Source: Gemmatimonadota bacterium (GTDB lineage Bacteria; Gemmatimonadota; Gemmatimonadetes; Gemmatimonadales; GWC2-71-9). From it: a DNA stretch of 64,000 nt. Below the pieces are notes generated by a model that saw only the letters and a list, made by a program, of their open reading frames with translations, had not been told where the DNA came from and did not search any database. The DNA lies in contig JANLPG010000030.1 of NCBI GenBank assembly GCA_031367105.1, forward strand, positions 16,972 through 80,971. The letters are read 5' to 3'. The position numbers and the translations under genes are program-made. This document shows positions 49,592-61,279 of this stretch, one piece after another. Position 1 is the stretch's first letter, and the number at the start of each line of letters is the position of its first letter.

Positions 49592-50107
49592 TCAAACACC
49601 GGGCGCAGCGAGGTCCAGCAGGTAGAAGGCGTCGCACGAACTATGGCCAGTCGCGCCTCGCGGGGCATCGAGGCGGCTGAACCCGGACTTCTCGTACAGT
49701 CGCCGGGCCGCGTCCATTCGCTGGAGAGTTTCCAGGTAGCAGTGTCGGAAGCCGATCGCGCGCGCCCGTTGCAGGCAGCGCCGGAGCATCAGTCGTCCCA
49801 GGCCGAGCCCTCGGATCTCCGGAAGAAAGTACATCTTGCGTAATTCACAGGTATCCGCGGCACCGCCATCGAGGGGTGCCACCCCGCCGCCGCCCACGAC
49901 TCGACCGAAGTGCGTGATGACAAAATACGCCGCCCGCGGTCGGTCGTACGCCTGCGCCATCGTGTCCACTTCCGGGTCGTGGATCGCGAAGCCCGGGCCG
50001 TCTGCCCCGAATTCCGGCATCACCGTCCGAATCAGCCGGGCGACGTCAGGATTGTCGGCCTCGGTGATGGGTCGCAATAGATAGCCGTCGGGCAGGTGCT
50101 CCGTCAT
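49592..50107 (-). CDS. GNAT family N-acetyltransferase (YjgM-like)
   Basis: VVGGGGVAPL, CELRKMYFLPE.RG.GLG, CYLETL..M..A..LY.K.GF; start at ATG 50107 inferred from promoter position. Confidence 0.88.
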   Translation of the reverse strand: MTEHLPDGYLLRPITEADNPDVARLIRTVMPEFGADGPGFAIHDPEVDTMAQAYDRPRAAYFVITHFGRVVGGGGVAPLDGGAADTCELRKMYFLPEIRGLGLGRLMLRRCLQRARAIGFRHCYLETLQRMDAARRLYEKSGFSRLDAPRGATGHSSCDAFYLLDLAAPGV

Positions 50108-50113
50108 CGCGGC

Positions 50114-50143
50114 AACGTACGGATGCGTACTTGCCATCGTCAA
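50114..50143 (-). promoter_or_regulatory. Putative sigma70 promoter, leaderless GNAT gene
   Basis: TTGACG-N18-TACGTT-N6-ATG. Confidence 0.55.
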
Positions 50144-50150
50144 GGTGCTG

Positions 50151-51107
50151 CTAGATCAGCACGACGGCTCCGGCCGGACCGATCACTTTGACCTCGGGCT
50201 CCAGCACGACCCCCCACCGTTCCTCGACTCTATTGCGCACGGTGCGCATCAGCGTCAGCACGTCCTCGGCGGCGGCACCGCCGGTATTGACGAAATAGTT
50301 GGCGTGCATCGGCGAGACCTCCGCGCCACCAACCCGGAAACCCTTCAGCCCGGTCGCTTCGATGAACTGCCCGCTTGTGCGCGGTGAGCCCGGTAACACA
50401 TCACCGGAAAGCTCAGGATTCTTGAAGACACTGCCACAGCACGGCTGGTTGAACGGCGTCCCCTCCCGGCGCCAGGCGTACAGCGATTCGGTCTCGGCCT
50501 CGAGGGCTACGCGATCGGCGGCGTGCAGCGCGACCGTGACTTCCACAACGACCACTGTGCCAAGCACGCTGCGGCGGTAGCTGAATCCGCATTCTGCCGC
50601 CGGGACCACCCGGTCGTGTCCGGCAAAATCCAGGACCAGCACCGACACCACGGTATCGCGCCACTCCGCGTGATGACAGCCGGCATTCATTACGACTCCG
50701 CCCCCCACGCTCCCGGGGACGCCGACCATCTTATGAACTCCGCCGAAGCCAGCGGCAGCGGTCCGCTTGGCAGCCAGGGGAGCGGGCAAGCCCGCACCAA
50801 GTCTGAAGTGGTCGCCATCCTGGCGCAGCTCGTCGAGTCCCTTGCCCACCCGAATGATCAGGGCATCAAGGCCCACGTCAGGAAAGAGCAGGTTGCTCCC
50901 GAGTCCGAGCGCGAACCACGGTACAGCCATTGAAGCACAGTGCTTCAGCGCGAGCGCCACATCCTCGGCGTCGGCGGGCAAAAGCACCGTCGCGGGCCCG
51001 CCGATGCGATAGGTAGACCAGCGCGAGAGCGCCTCGTGCTCGCGCACTTCGCCCCGAACCAGTGCGCGGAGCGCTGCCGCGAATGCCGGATCGCGTGCCG
51101 AGCTCAC
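50151..51107 (-). CDS. murB: UDP-N-acetylenolpyruvoylglucosamine reductase
   Basis: [53 protein letters not shown]; GTGA overlap with the carB stop. Confidence 0.95.
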   Translation of the reverse strand: MSSARDPAFAAALRALVRGEVREHEALSRWSTYRIGGPATVLLPADAEDVALALKHCASMAVPWFALGLGSNLLFPDVGLDALIIRVGKGLDELRQDGDHFRLGAGLPAPLAAKRTAAAGFGGVHKMVGVPGSVGGGVVMNAGCHHAEWRDTVVSVLVLDFAGHDRVVPAAECGFSYRRSVLGTVVVVEVTVALHAADRVALEAETESLYAWRREGTPFNQPCCGSVFKNPELSGDVLPGSPRTSGQFIEATGLKGFRVGGAEVSPMHANYFVNTGGAAAEDVLTLMRTVRNRVEERWGVVLEPEVKVIGPAGAVVLI

Positions 51108-54100
51108 GCGAGGGAGGCCGCTCGGGCCAAGGCGTGCCACTCCTGCAGCGAGCGCACGTCTCCGGGCCGGCTCTTCATTGCGATGATGGCATCGCACGCA
51201 GCCGAGGCCGCCGACATCGTCGTGGTATAGGGAATCCCGTGCTGGAGGGCGGCACGACGCATCGAGTAGTCATCCTGTTGCGTCAGCTTGCCAAGGGGGG
51301 TGTTGACCAGCAAGTGCACCTGTCCCGATACCATCAGATCGATGCCATTGGGACGCCCCTCGTACACCTTCAGTACGCGTTCGGCAGGGACACCACGCGC
51401 CTTCAGGTACTTCGCAGTTCCGGAGGTCGCCAGGATCCGGAAGCCAAGTTCGTGGAATCGCCGAGCAATCGGAACGACGGTCCCCTTGTCACGATCATTG
51501 ACAGTGATCAGCACCGATCCCGAGAGTGGCAGTTGCCCATCGACACTGGCTTGTGCCTTGGCAAACGCCATCCCGAAGGAGTCGGCAATGCCCATCACCT
51601 CGCCGGTCGAGCGCATCTCGGGGCCGAGTCGTACGTCCACGCCCGGAAACTTGGAGAAAGGGAACACCGCTTCCTTCACCGCGACGAAGGGTTGCTGGGG
51701 ATCGTCCGTGAGCCCCAGGTCGGCAAGTTTCTTCCCTGACATCACCGCCGCGGCCAGGGAGGCGAGCGGAACCCCAGTCGCTTTCGAGACAAACGGGATG
51801 GTTCGCGATGCCCGAGGATTCACCTCGAGCACGTAGACAACGCCATCCTTGATGGCAAACTGGACATTGATCAGCCCGACGACACCGAGTGCCAGCGCAA
51901 ACGCCCGGGTGTGCTGGCGCATTTGCTCGACCTGATCTTCGGTGATCAGGTACGGCGGCAGCACGCAGGCCGAATCGCCGGAGTGGATTCCAGCGTCTTC
52001 GATGTGCTGCATCACGCCGCCAATCACCGCTCGCTCTCCATCACAGATCGCGTCCACATCGGCCTCGAACGCGTCTTCGAGGAAGGAGTCGATGAGCACC
52101 GGATGCTCCGGTGCCACCCGCGCAGCTTCATCGAAGAATTCGCGCAGCTCCTCTGGATCGTAGACGATTCGCATCGCCCGACCGCCGAGCACATAGCTTG
52201 GGCGCACCAGCACAGGGTAGCCGATGCGTTCGGCGACCGCGACTGCAGCGTCCACCGTGTCAGCCGTCCCGTTGGGGGGCTGCGCGATGCCGAGTTCTCG
52301 CACCAGTGCCTCGAAGCGCCGGCGATCTTCAGCGATGTCGATAGCGTCGGGGGAGGTCCCCAGGATCGTAACCCCGGCCGCTTCGAGTCCCTTCGCCAAC
52401 TTGAGCGGCGTCTGGCCACCGAGTTGCACGACCACGCCGATCGGCTGTTCGATATGCACGATCTCGAGGACGTCCTCGAGCGTCAGGGGCTCGAAATACA
52501 GCACGTCCGCGGTATCAAAGTCTGTCGACACCGTCTCGGGATTGGAGTTCACCATGATCGTACGGTAGCCCAGGTCGCGGAACGCCATCGTCGCGCGGAC
52601 GCAGCAATAGTCGAATTCGACCCCCTGCCCGATCCGGTTCGGACCGGAGCCGAGAATCAGGACCGTCGGACGTCCATCCGGTCCGGCTTCGTTTTCCTCA
52701 TCCCAGCAGGAGTAGAGGTAGGGAGTCTTGGAAGGGAACTCCCCCGCGCAGGTATCGACCGTCTTGTACACCGGGCGAAGGCCGAGGCGATGGCGGACGG
52801 CGCGGATGTGGGCCTCGGGGAGCTGCTTCAAGTCCGCCAGCTGCCAGTCGGAAAAGCCCGCGCGCTTGAGTTCGAGCAGCGTCGCGCGGTCGTTGGAGTC
52901 ATCCTCGCCGAAAGGGTAGCCGATCCAACTGTCTTCCAGCGTGACCAACTCAGCCAGTTGGTGCAGGAACCAGGGATCGATGCGAGAGGCCTCAGAGAGA
53001 TCCGCGACGGAGATCCCGGCCACCAGGGCACGCTTCACCTGGAACAGCCGCTCCGGCGTCGGGGTACGAATCGCCGACAGCAGCGTCTCACGGTCGATGG
53101 CGCTGAGGCGGTCGTCGATCGGGCCGGCGCCGATGGCCCACCCTGCCCGGCCCGATTCGAGGCCGCGGAACCCCTTCTGCAGCGCCTCCTTGAAGGTGCG
53201 GCCGATCGCCATCGCCTCACCGACCGACTTCATCTGCGTGGTGAGTCTGGGCTCGGCAGCCGGGAACTTCTCGAAGGCGAACCGGGGAATCTTGACCACG
53301 ACGTAATCGAGCACCGGCTCGAACGAGGCAGGCGTGGTCTTGGTGATGTCGTTGGGCAGTTCGTCGAGCGTGTACCCCACCGCGAGCTTGGCGCCGATCC
53401 GGGCAATGGGAAAGCCGGTGGCCTTGGAGGCGAGCGCCGAAGAGCGCGAGACCCGCGGGTTCATCTCGATCACCAGCTGCTCGCCGGTCTCCGGCGACAC
53501 GGCGAACTGAATGTTGCAGCCGCCGGCCTCGACACCGATTTCGCGGATGATCTTCATCGCCGCGTCGCGCATCTTCTGGTATTCGCGATCGGTGAGCGTC
53601 ATCACTGGCGCCACGGTGATCGAGTCGCCCGTGTGGACGCCCATCGGATCAAGATTCTCGATCGAGCAGACGATCACCACGTTGTCGGCACAATCGCGCA
53701 TCAGTTCGAGCTCGAACTCCTTCCAGCCGATGATGCTCCGTTCCACCAGCACCGACGTCACCGGCGACAGTTCCAGGCCGCGCGTGAGCATCGCGACGAA
53801 CTCTTCGCGATTGTACGCGATGCCGCCGCCGGTGCCGCCCAGGGTGAACGAGGGCCGCAGGATGGCGGGATATCCTGTGCGGTCCACCGCTTCGAGCCCT
53901 TCCGCGAGGGTGGTGACGGTGGAGCCCGCTGGCGTCGCGAGGCCGATGCGTACCATCGCCTGGGCGAACTCCGCCCGGTCCTCGGCAATCCGGATGGCAC
54001 GCTCGTTGGCGCCGATGAGCTCCACTCCGTACTTGGCCAGCGTCCCATCCTTGACCAGCGCCATCGCGACGTTCAGCGCTGTCTGGCCACCCATCGTTGG

Positions 54101-54344
54101 CAGGAGCGCGCTGGGACGCTCACGCTCGATCACCTTGGCGACCCACTCCGCCGTCACCGGCTCGATGTAGGTGGCGTCGGCGATTTCCGGATCGGTCATG
54201 ATGGTCGCCGGATTCGAATTCACCAGGATCACCCGGTAGCCCTCTTCCTTCAGCGCGCGCACCGCCTGGGTTCCGGAGTAGTCGAACTCCGCCCCCTGCC
54301 CGATGACGATGGGACCGGAGCCAATAATGAGGATCGACTTGAGA

Positions 54345-54361
<17 letters not shown>
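51104..54361 (-). CDS. carB: Carbamoyl-phosphate synthase large subunit
   Basis: [26 protein letters not shown], two ATP-grasp halves ([15 protein letters not shown]; [24 protein letters not shown]), MGS domain. Confidence 0.99.
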
Positions 54362-56541
<2,180 letters not shown>

Positions 56542-56564
56542 CCCCTTCCGGTTTCGCACCGAAT

Positions 56565-56602
56565 ACGGGTGGTACCCTTCACGGGTGCCACCCGTTTCCT
56601 TT
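56565..56602 (+). terminator. Putative rpmB terminator
   Basis: ACGGGTGGTACCC-ttcac-GGGTGCCACCCGT followed by TTCCTTT. Confidence 0.7.
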
Positions 56603-56619
56603 GTGGCGCACCGAGACAG

Positions 56620-56644
56620 AAAAAAAGGGGACCCGAAGGTCCCC
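56620..56644 (-). terminator. Rho-independent terminator of the alpha operon
   Basis: Minus strand GGGGACC-TTCG-GGTCCCC-TTTTTTT (UUCG tetraloop plus U tract). Confidence 0.88.
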
Positions 56645-56681
56645 AGCCGATCCTGCCTGATGGAAGCGCCGACGGTGTGGC

Positions 56682-57038
56682 TCACTCCGGGATGAGCTCG
56701 ATTCGCGCCATCTCGGCGCCGTCGCCGGGACGGTGACCCAGCTTGAGGATCCGGGTGTAGCCGCCTGGCCGGGAGGCGAAGCGCGGCCCCAGCACCTTGA
56801 ACAGCTTGGTCAGAATGGCGCGATTCGGAATCTTCTGTTCCACCTGACGAATGGCGTGGAGGTCCCCTCGGCGCGCCAGCGTAATGAGCTTCTCGGCGTA
56901 CGGCCGGATCTCCTTCGCCTTGGCGACGGTGGTGTTGATGCCTTCGTGTTCAAACAGCGACGCTGCCATATTGCGCATCATCGCCCGCTTGTGGGTGGAC
57001 GTCCGCGACAGCTGCCGTCCTTTCGCGCGGTGCCGCAT
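56682..57038 (-). CDS. rplQ: 50S ribosomal protein L17
   Basis: MRHR...R.LSRT..H..AMMRNMA.SL, TT..KAKE, RPGGYTRI.K...R.GD.A.MA.IEL. Confidence 0.98.
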   Translation of the reverse strand: MRHRAKGRQLSRTSTHKRAMMRNMAASLFEHEGINTTVAKAKEIRPYAEKLITLARRGDLHAIRQVEQKIPNRAILTKLFKVLGPRFASRPGGYTRILKLGHRPGDGAEMARIELIPE

Positions 57039-58087
57039 TACGCTTCCTCTCCAGTACCGGCCACCGCCATCGGCGAGGTGCCCTGATTCACGATCCGGAG
57101 GTCGCCCTCGGCCTCTTCGAACTGCATCCCGAAATTCAGCTCTTCGCGCTGGAGCAACTCGGCAATTTCCTGCAGCGCCTTGTCGCCGATATTCTTGACG
57201 CCGTCCAGCTCCTTGGTCGAGAACTCCACCAGGTCCCGCAGGGTGCGGATGTTGGAGTTCTTCAGGGAGTTGAGCGAACGCACCGACAGCCCGAGGTCAT
57301 CGATGGAGCGCGCCAGACGGGCCTTCAACCCGGTGGCGACCACCGGAGCATCGGACGGGACGGCGGCAAAGTGGGGCACCTTGCCAAACTCGACGAAGTA
57401 CCGGAAGTGCTCCTGCGCCAGGGCGGCCGCGTAGGCGATCGCATCCTCGGGCGAGATCGTGCCGTTCGTCTCGACCGACACCGCGAGGCGATCGTAGTCG
57501 GTGCGCTGTCCAACCCGGGTTTCCTGCACCGTGAAGTTGGCGCGGCGAACCGGGTTGTAGATCGCGTCGATCCGCACCAGGTCGATCGGGTAGGAACGAT
57601 CCGTCGGATGCATTTCCGACTCGACGTATCCCCGACCCTTGTTCACGTACAGCTCGCACGTGACTTCGCGATCGTCCTGCACCGTGAAGAGCAGCTGGTC
57701 GGGATTGACGATGGTGGCGCGACCACTTTCCTGAATGTCGCGCGCGAACACGGGTCCCGGACCCTGCTTGGTCAGGCGCAGCACGGTCGAGTCGACCTCT
57801 TCTTCCAGCACCAGTGTCAGCGCCTTGAGGCGCTGCACGATCTGGTGGACGTCTTCGAGGACACCCTGCACCGTTTGATGCTCGTGCACGACGCCATCGA
57901 GGCGGAAGCCCCAGACCGCGCTGCCCCGGAGCGATGAGAGGAGCAGCCGTCGCAGCGAATTGCCCAGCGTGTGGCCGAAGCCCCGCTCGAGCGGCTGCAA
58001 ACGGAACTCGGCGATGTTCGGGTTGTCATCCCGCTTGGTCATTTCGACCACGTGCGGCCGGACCAGCCCGGTCAGATCGATACTCAT
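57038..58087 (-). CDS. rpoA: RNA polymerase alpha subunit
   Basis: QPLERGFGHTLGNSLRR.LLSS, GRGYV, DAIYNPV, RVGQRTDYD.L, alpha-CTD LSVRSLNSLK. Confidence 0.98.
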   Translation of the reverse strand: MSIDLTGLVRPHVVEMTKRDDNPNIAEFRLQPLERGFGHTLGNSLRRLLLSSLRGSAVWGFRLDGVVHEHQTVQGVLEDVHQIVQRLKALTLVLEEEVDSTVLRLTKQGPGPVFARDIQESGRATIVNPDQLLFTVQDDREVTCELYVNKGRGYVESEMHPTDRSYPIDLVRIDAIYNPVRRANFTVQETRVGQRTDYDRLAVSVETNGTISPEDAIAYAAALAQEHFRYFVEFGKVPHFAAVPSDAPVVATGLKARLARSIDDLGLSVRSLNSLKNSNIRTLRDLVEFSTKELDGVKNIGDKALQEIAELLQREELNFGMQFEEAEGDLRIVNQGTSPMAVAGTGEEA

Positions 58088-58104
58088 CAGCGCGATTTCC
58101 TTGA

Positions 58105-58740
58105 TTACTTCGAGTAAAGCTCGACGATGAGCTGTTCCTGCGCGTTCACCGGAATGGCGTCACGCGTCGGCAGCTCGAGCAGCCGGCCCGCGGCCTTCTC
58201 GGCATCCACGGAGAGCCAGCCCACAGTGGCACCACGAGAGGCCTGCTCCTGCGCTGCCATCACCGCGACCATCTCGCGATCGGCTGGCCTCACCCGCACT
58301 TCGTGACCCGGCAGGACCCTGAAGGAAGGAATGTCGACCCGCTTGCCATTGACCTCGATATGCCCGTGACGCACCAGCTGGCGCGCCGCACGACGCGAAG
58401 CGGCGAAGCCCATCCGGTACACGACGTTGTCGAGACGGGTCTCGAGGGCGACGAGCAGGTTGGTGCCCTTCATCCCCGGCAGGTGCGACGCCTTGGTATA
58501 GGTGGTGCGGAACTGGGTCTCCGTGAGCCCGTACATCCGCTTCACCTTCTGCTTCTCGCGCAACTGCTTGGCGTACTCGGACGTCTTGCGCCCGCGACCG
58601 GCGTTCTGGCCGTGCTGGCCGGCCGGATACGCCCGACGCTCCACCGCGCACTTCTCGGTGAGGCAGCGGGTTCCCTTCAGGAACAGCTTGGTGCCTTCGC
58701 GGCGGCAGAGGCGGCACGCGGGTCCAGTGTATCGGGACAT
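58105..58740 (-). CDS. rpsD: 30S ribosomal protein S4
   Basis: MSRYTGP.CRLCRREG, PAGQHG, SEY..QLREKQK, LETRLDNVVYR, ARQLV.HGH, LIVELYSK. Confidence 0.99.
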   Translation of the reverse strand: MSRYTGPACRLCRREGTKLFLKGTRCLTEKCAVERRAYPAGQHGQNAGRGRKTSEYAKQLREKQKVKRMYGLTETQFRTTYTKASHLPGMKGTNLLVALETRLDNVVYRMGFAASRRAARQLVRHGHIEVNGKRVDIPSFRVLPGHEVRVRPADREMVAVMAAQEQASRGATVGWLSVDAEKAAGRLLELPTRDAIPVNAQEQLIVELYSK

Positions 58741-58743
58741 AAG

Positions 58744-59142
58744 CTAGACCCGCCGCTTCTTCGGAGGACGGCACCCGTTATGTGGAATCGGAGTCACGTC
58801 GCGAATCGACGCCACCTTGAGGCCAACCGACGCGAGCGCCTGAATGGCCGACTCCCGTCCGCTGCCGGGCCCCTGGACGCGCACGTGCACCTTGCGGAGC
58901 CCGAGATTGAGCGCCTCGCGGGCGCAGTTCTCGGACGCCACCGTGGCGGCGAACGGGGTGGACTTCTTCGATCCCTTGAAACCCGCCTTGCCAGCGGTGC
59001 CCCACGCGATGGTATTGCCGCGCAGATCGGTGATCGTGATCAGTACGTTGTTGAACGTCGCGGAGATGTGAACCATCCCCTCCGACTCGACAACTTTCTT
59101 GGAGCGCTTGGCGCTCGGCTTCGCCGCAGTAGGTGCAGTCAT
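58744..59142 (-). CDS. rpsK: 30S ribosomal protein S11
   Basis: [53 protein letters not shown]. Confidence 0.99.
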   Translation of the reverse strand: MTAPTAAKPSAKRSKKVVESEGMVHISATFNNVLITITDLRGNTIAWGTAGKAGFKGSKKSTPFAATVASENCAREALNLGLRKVHVRVQGPGSGRESAIQALASVGLKVASIRDVTPIPHNGCRPPKKRRV

Positions 59143-59145
59143 GGC

Positions 59146-59526
59146 TTACTTCTTCGTCGCCTTCTTCTTGCCGGCGATGGCCCGACGGGGGCCCTTCTTC
59201 GTCCGGGCGTTGGTGTGCGTGCGCTGGCCGCGCACCGGCAGCCCGCGCCGATGACGAATCCCGCGATAGCTGCCGATGTCCTGAAGTCGCTTGATGTTCA
59301 TTGCGATTTCAGTGCGAAGCGCGCCTTCGGTCTTGACAGACCGCTCGATGATCTGCCGCAGGCGACCGACCTCGACGTCCGAGAGATCCTTGACGCGCGT
59401 ATCAGGCGAGATGCCGGTCTCGGCGAGCAACTTCCTGCTCGTCACGCGGCCTATCCCGTAGATGTAGGTCAGGCCGATTTCGACGCGCTTCTCGCGCGGA
59501 AGATCGACGCCAGCAATGCGCGCCAT
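59146..59526 (-). CDS. rpsM: 30S ribosomal protein S13
   Basis: [43 protein letters not shown]. Confidence 0.99.
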   Translation of the reverse strand: MARIAGVDLPREKRVEIGLTYIYGIGRVTSRKLLAETGISPDTRVKDLSDVEVGRLRQIIERSVKTEGALRTEIAMNIKRLQDIGSYRGIRHRRGLPVRGQRTHTNARTKKGPRRAIAGKKKATKK

Positions 59527-59527
59527 A

Positions 59528-59644
59528 TCAGCCCTGCCGCTGCTTGTGCTTCGGGGTGCGCTTGCAGATGATGCGCGTCACACCGCGACGCTTCACCACC
59601 ACACAGCTCTCGCAAATCGGCTTCACACTCGAGCGAACCTTCAC
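59528..59644 (-). CDS. rpmJ: 50S ribosomal protein L36
   Basis: Hand translation (too short for the ORF track): [41 protein letters not shown] start, GGAG RBS. Confidence 0.97.
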   Translation of the reverse strand: MKVRSSVKPICESCVVVKRRGVTRIICKRTPKHKQRQG

Positions 59645-59686
59645 GACACGCGTCTCCCTGAAGACGGGGTTTCAGCCTAGCAAGGA

Positions 59687-59715
59687 ATGATACTGGAGCA
59701 CCGAACCCTTCGCAA
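59687..59715 (-). promoter_or_regulatory. Putative sigma70 promoter of the rpmJ-alpha operon
   Basis: Minus strand TTGCGA-N17-TATCAT, -10 box about 42 nt upstream of the rpmJ start. Confidence 0.65.
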
Positions 59716-59742
59716 CCCTGTGCCCCCCAACGACGTGGGCCA

Positions 59743-60423
59743 TCAGGGCCCGATCAAACGCCGAAACTCGGCCCAGCTCTCCCCCGGCGATACTGCACCC
59801 GTAATCGGTCGCCCGACGACCAGGTCGGTTGCCCCGCCCCGCACCGCTTCCTCCGGCGTCGCCACCCGGCGCTGATCGCCCAATTCATCCACTGCTCGGC
59901 GGATTCCTGGCACGACCATCCGGCCCGCCCCCACCGCCGGCCGCACCCGCTCCAGTTCTGCCGCCGAACAGACGACCCCCGCCGCACCCGCCGCCATCGC
60001 CAAGGCAGCCAGTCGGGCGACCTCCTCCCCCAGCTCCACCCCGGTTCGACCCGTTACGCTGCCGAAACCGGCTCCGTCGTGCGAAGTCAGCACCGTCACC
60101 GCCACCACCGCCAGCCGGCCGGCCGCGGCCTCCACCGCCGCCGCGATCATTTCCGACCCGCCCAGCGCGTGCACAGTGACCATCCGTACGCCGAGGTCCG
60201 CCGCGGCCGCAACTGCACCGTGTACCGTATTGGGGATATCGTGCCATTTGAGGTCCAGGAATACCGGGTGACCGGCGTCGAGCACACTCCGCACGAAGCC
60301 GTGTCCGGCACGGGTCATCAGCACCGACCCCACTTTTACCGGCGCCCCGGCGGGGAGCTGATCCAGCAGCTCCACCGCACTCGGCGCATCGGCGTGATCG
60401 AGGGCGACGTACAATTCAGCCAT
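59743..60423 (-). CDS. pyrF: Orotidine-5'-phosphate decarboxylase
   Basis: VALD, KVG, FLDLKWHDIPNTV, TVHALGG, VTVLTS, VVPGIR....DQ.RV.TP, VVGRPIT. Confidence 0.96.
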   Translation of the reverse strand: MAELYVALDHADAPSAVELLDQLPAGAPVKVGSVLMTRAGHGFVRSVLDAGHPVFLDLKWHDIPNTVHGAVAAAADLGVRMVTVHALGGSEMIAAAVEAAAGRLAVVAVTVLTSHDGAGFGSVTGRTGVELGEEVARLAALAMAAGAAGVVCSAAELERVRPAVGAGRMVVPGIRRAVDELGDQRRVATPEEAVRGGATDLVVGRPITGAVSPGESWAEFRRLIGP

Positions 60424-61279
60424 CGTGGCGCTCCAGTTCCGTAATGAGGCGTTCGGGGAGATGCGGGTCGGCCAGCGCCGCAGTGCCGATCGCGACCAGC
60501 GCGGCCCCGGCGCGCAGGTAGTCGCGTACATCGTCGACCGTCCGGATGCCGCCTGCACCGATCACCGGGAAATTCGGCAACCGCTCGGCAGTTCGTTGCA
60601 CCGCGAGCAGCCCGGTGGCCAACAGCGCGGGGCCGCTCACGCCCCCGAATCCATTCCCGAGCCGGGGTTCGCCGTCCGCATACAAAAAACCGGGCAAGGT
60701 GTTTACCAGCGTGACACCGTCCGATCCTGCCTCGCGCGCCGCGGCGGCAATCGACGGGATGTCGGGGAGCGCGGGCGACAGCTTCGCGAAGAGCGGCCGC
60801 CGAGTAACGCGCCGACAACGCCCGATCACTTCCGCGACACTGCTGGGATCGGACCCGAATTCCACGCCGCCGGCAGCAGTATTGGGGCACGAGAGATTCA
60901 CTTCATAGCCGACGTGGCCCTCGAGGTCGTCGAGTCGCGCGATCACATCGGCGTACTCCGCGAGCGTGAACCCCACCACGTTGACGAGCACGGGGAGGGC
61001 GCCGGCGTACTCGCGAAGCCACGGCAGTTCCACCGCGCGCACCTGGTCGACACCCGGATTCGCCAGCCCGACCGAATTGAGCATCCCGCCGCGGAACTCC
61101 GTGACCCGTGGCGGAGAGTTGCCGCTCCGTGGCGCCAGCGAGACCGCCTTGGTGATGAGTCCGCCGAGCCGTGCGAGCGACACGGCACCGGCAATTTCAC
61201 GCCCATACGCGGCGGTCCCGGAAGCGAGGAGGACGGGATTCGCAAACCGAATCCCCGCCACCTCCCGAGCCAGCGTCAT
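60416..61279 (-). CDS. pyrD: Dihydroorotate dehydrogenase, class 1 catalytic subunit
   Basis: NPVLLASGT, R.GN..PR..E...GMLNSVGLANPG, EVNLSCPN (catalytic Cys), KLSP, LVNT, GGVSGP, IG.GGI. Confidence 0.93.
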   Translation of the reverse strand: MTLAREVAGIRFANPVLLASGTAAYGREIAGAVSLARLGGLITKAVSLAPRSGNSPPRVTEFRGGMLNSVGLANPGVDQVRAVELPWLREYAGALPVLVNVVGFTLAEYADVIARLDDLEGHVGYEVNLSCPNTAAGGVEFGSDPSSVAEVIGRCRRVTRRPLFAKLSPALPDIPSIAAAAREAGSDGVTLVNTLPGFLYADGEPRLGNGFGGVSGPALLATGLLAVQRTAERLPNFPVIGAGGIRTVDDVRDYLRAGAALVAIGTAALADPHLPERLITELERHDG

